Assembly: GCF_009914755.1 (NCBI RefSeq)
Contig: NC_060937.1
From: the human T2T-CHM13v2.0 reference genome, Homo sapiens
DNA length: 64,000 nt
Strand: one strand, 5' to 3'
Shown here: piece by piece, positions 61,452 through 64,000 of the stretch
Position numbering within the stretch: the stretch's first letter is position 1
Layout: each line of letters begins with the position of its first letter
The notes under the pieces: generated by a model
Seen by the model: only the letters and a program-made list of their open reading frames with translations
What the model was told of the DNA's origin: nothing
Databases searched by the model: none
Translations under genes and position numbers: made by a program

Positions 61452-64000
61452 TTATATTAAGTACATAAAATAGGAAAGTACATCAAATATAGATTATATA
61501 CTGTACATTAAATACCAAAGTACCCCAAATATATATTTTATACTGTACATGAAATATCAAAGTTCACAAACTATATATTATATACTGTACATATAATATC
61601 AAAGTACCCAAAGTATATATTCTATACTGTACAAAAAATATCAAAGTACCAAAAGCATGTATTATATACTGTACATAAAATATGAAAGTACATCAAATAT
61701 ATATTTTATTCCGTACATAAAATATCAAAGTACACCAGATATATATTCTATAGTGTACATAAAATATCAAAGTACCCAAACTATACATTATATACTGTAC
61801 ATAAAATATGAAATTACATCAAATATATTTTATATTAGGTACATAAAATATGAAAGTACATCAAATATAGATTATATACTGTACATTAAATACCAAAGTA
61901 CCCCAAATATATATTTTATACTGTACATGAAATATCAAAGTTCACAAACTATATATTATATACTGTACATAAAATATCAAAGCACCCAAGGTATATATTC
62001 TATACTGTACAAAAAATATCAAAGTACCCAAAGCATGTATTATATGCTGTACATTAAATATGAAAGTACATCAAATATATATTTTATTCTGTACATAATA
62101 TATCAAAGTACACCAGATATATATTCTATAGTGTACATAAAATATCAAAGTACCCAAACTATACATTATATACTGTACATAAAATATGAGATTACATCAA
62201 ATATATATTATGTTAGGTACATAAAATATGAAAGTACATCAAATATAGATTATATACTGTAGATAAAATATCAAAGTACCCCAAATATATATTATATACT
62301 CTACATGAAATATCAAAGTTCACAAACTATATATTATATACTGTACATAAAATATCAAAGTACCCAAGGTATATATTCTATACTGTACAAAAAATATCAA
62401 AGTACCCAAAGCATGTATTATATACTGTATATAAAATATGAAAGTACATCAAATATATATTTTATTCTGTACATAAAATATCAAAGTACACCAGATATAT
62501 ATTCTATAGTGTACATAAAATAACAAAGTACACAAACTATAAATTATATACTGTACATAAAATATGAAATTACATCAAATATATATTAGGTACATAAAAT
62601 ATGAAAGTACATCAAATATAGATCATATACTGTACATAAAATATCAAAGTACCCCAAATATATATTATATACTCTACATGAAATATCAAAGTTCACAAAC
62701 TATATATTATATACTGTACATAAAATATCAAAGTACCCAAGGTATATATTCTATACTGTACAAAAAATATCAAAGTACCCAAAGCATGTATTATATACTG
62801 TACATAAAATTTGAAAGTACATCAAATATATATTTTATTCTGTACATAAAATATAGAAGTACACCAGATATATATTCTATAGTGTACATAAAATAACAAA
62901 GTACACAAACTATACATTATATACTGTACATAAAATATGAAATTACATCAAATATATATTAGGTACATAAAATATGAAAGTACATCAAATATAGATTATA
63001 TACTGTACATAAAATATCAAAGTACCCCAAATATATATTATATACTCTACATGAAATATCAAAGTTCACAAACTATATATTATATACTGTACATAAAATA
63101 TCAAAGTTCCCAAGGTATATATTCTATACTGTAGAAAAAATATCAAAGTACCCAAAGCATGTATTATATACTGTATATAAAATATGAAAGTACATCAAAT
63201 ATATATTTTATTCTGTACATAAAATATCAAAGTACACCAGATATATATTCTATAGTGTACATAAAATAACAAAGTACACAAAGTATAAATTATATACTGT
63301 ACATAAAATATGAAATTACATCAAATATATATTAGGTACATAAAATATGAAAGTACATCAAATATAGATTATATACTGTACATATAATATCAATGTACCC
63401 GAAATATATATTTTATACTCTACATGAAATATCAAAGTTCACAAACCATATATGATATACTGTACATAAAATATCAAAGTACCCAAGGTATATATTCTAT
63501 ACTGTACAAAAAATATCAAAGTACCCAAAGCATGTATTATATACTGTACATAAAATATGAAATTACATCAAATATATATTTTATTCTGTACATAAAATAT
63601 CAAAGTACACCAGATATATATTCTATAGTGTACATAAAATATCAAAGTACCCAAACTATACATTATATACTGTACATAAAATATGAAATTACATCAAATA
63701 TATATTATATTAGGTACATAAAATATGAAAGTACATCAAATATAGATTATATACTGTACATTAAATACCAAAGTACCCCAAATATATATTTTATACTGTA
63801 CATGAAATATCAAAGTTCACACACTATATATTATATACTGTACATAAAATATCAAAGTACCCAACTTATATATTCTATACTGTACAAAAAACATCAAAGT
63901 ACCCAAAGCATGTATTATATACTGTACATAAAATATGAAAGTACATCAAATATATATTTTATTCTGTACATAATATATCAAAGTACACCAGATATATATT

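Larger units (their letters stand above)
1..64000. repeat. Human Satellite 1A (HSat1A/SAR)-type tandem array: ~1,520 copies of a 42-bp AT-rich monomer in one orientation, running off both window ends
   Basis: The 42-bp periodicity is seen throughout. Most monomers carry two GTAC (RsaI) sites giving alternating 17-bp (ACATAAAATATCAAAGT) and 25-bp subunits, the classical description of human satellite 1. The array is ~80% AT with almost no CpG. The family was assigned by recognition, not by database search, and the chromosome cannot be determined. Confidence 0.95.

Noticed and set aside
586-63134. More than 100 + strand ORFs (up to 484 aa) as protein-coding genes
   Set aside because: They are direct translations of a 42-bp satellite with no unique domain. 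Starts and stops fall at random variants, and frameshifts are amplified freely.
1-64000. CRISPR array (conserved TGTACATAAAATAT core alternating with variable segments)
   Set aside because: The variable parts are homologous to each other and cycle through nine fixed types. There are no unique spacers, leader or cas genes.
1-64000. Alpha satellite, HSat2/3, HSat1B, CENP-B boxes, Alu/L1 insertions or an inversion breakpoint
   Set aside because: No 171-bp period, CATTC repeats, Alu-derived sequence or CpG-containing CENP-B box was seen. No non-satellite sequence or strand switch was seen by eye.
1-64000. TATA-box promoters or cruciform-forming palindromes (TATAAA, TGTACA, ATATATAT)
   Set aside because: These are expected from the base composition and monomer sequence. 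The palindromes are short and there is no independent support for function.
1-64000. Plasmodium/AT-rich microbial repeat antigen gene or mitochondrial control-region VNTR
   Set aside because: The scale (at least 64 kb), the 17+25-bp RsaI substructure and the 378-bp 9-mer fit HSat1A, and there is no flanking genic context.
1-64000. Assignment to a specific chromosome or species
   Set aside because: HSat1A arrays occur on several chromosomes (e.g. human 3, 4, 13 and other acrocentrics) and in apes. Assignment requires k-mer mapping to T2T assemblies.

Overview
The whole 64-kb window is one uninterrupted, single-orientation array of an extremely AT-rich (~78-80% by eye) 42-bp tandem satellite (approx. 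TATACTGTACATAAAATATCAAAGTACCCAAACTATATATTA). The monomers are organised into a 9-monomer, 378-bp higher-order unit. This matches human/great-ape Satellite 1A (HSat1A, RepeatMasker 'SAR'), a pericentromeric/acrocentric heterochromatin satellite. No genes, RNA genes, transposons, alpha satellite or inversions were seen. All listed ORFs arise because 42 is divisible by 3 and one + strand frame lacks stops. The informative structure is a nested hierarchy of duplications read from private variants, with periods of 168, 503, 756, 1127, 1670/1675, 2256, 3383, 6135, 9489 and 10272(+1127) bp, plus a ~47.1-kb long-range homology. Together these suggest a ~37.6-kb young expansion interrupting an older ~9.5-kb super-repeat. 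The most speculative but testable idea is that + strand transcripts would carry about 5-6 perfect Pumilio elements (UGUANAUA) per 378 nt, and that an amplified variant unit adds a canonical AAUAAA. Coordinates and counts were made by eye and need computational confirmation.
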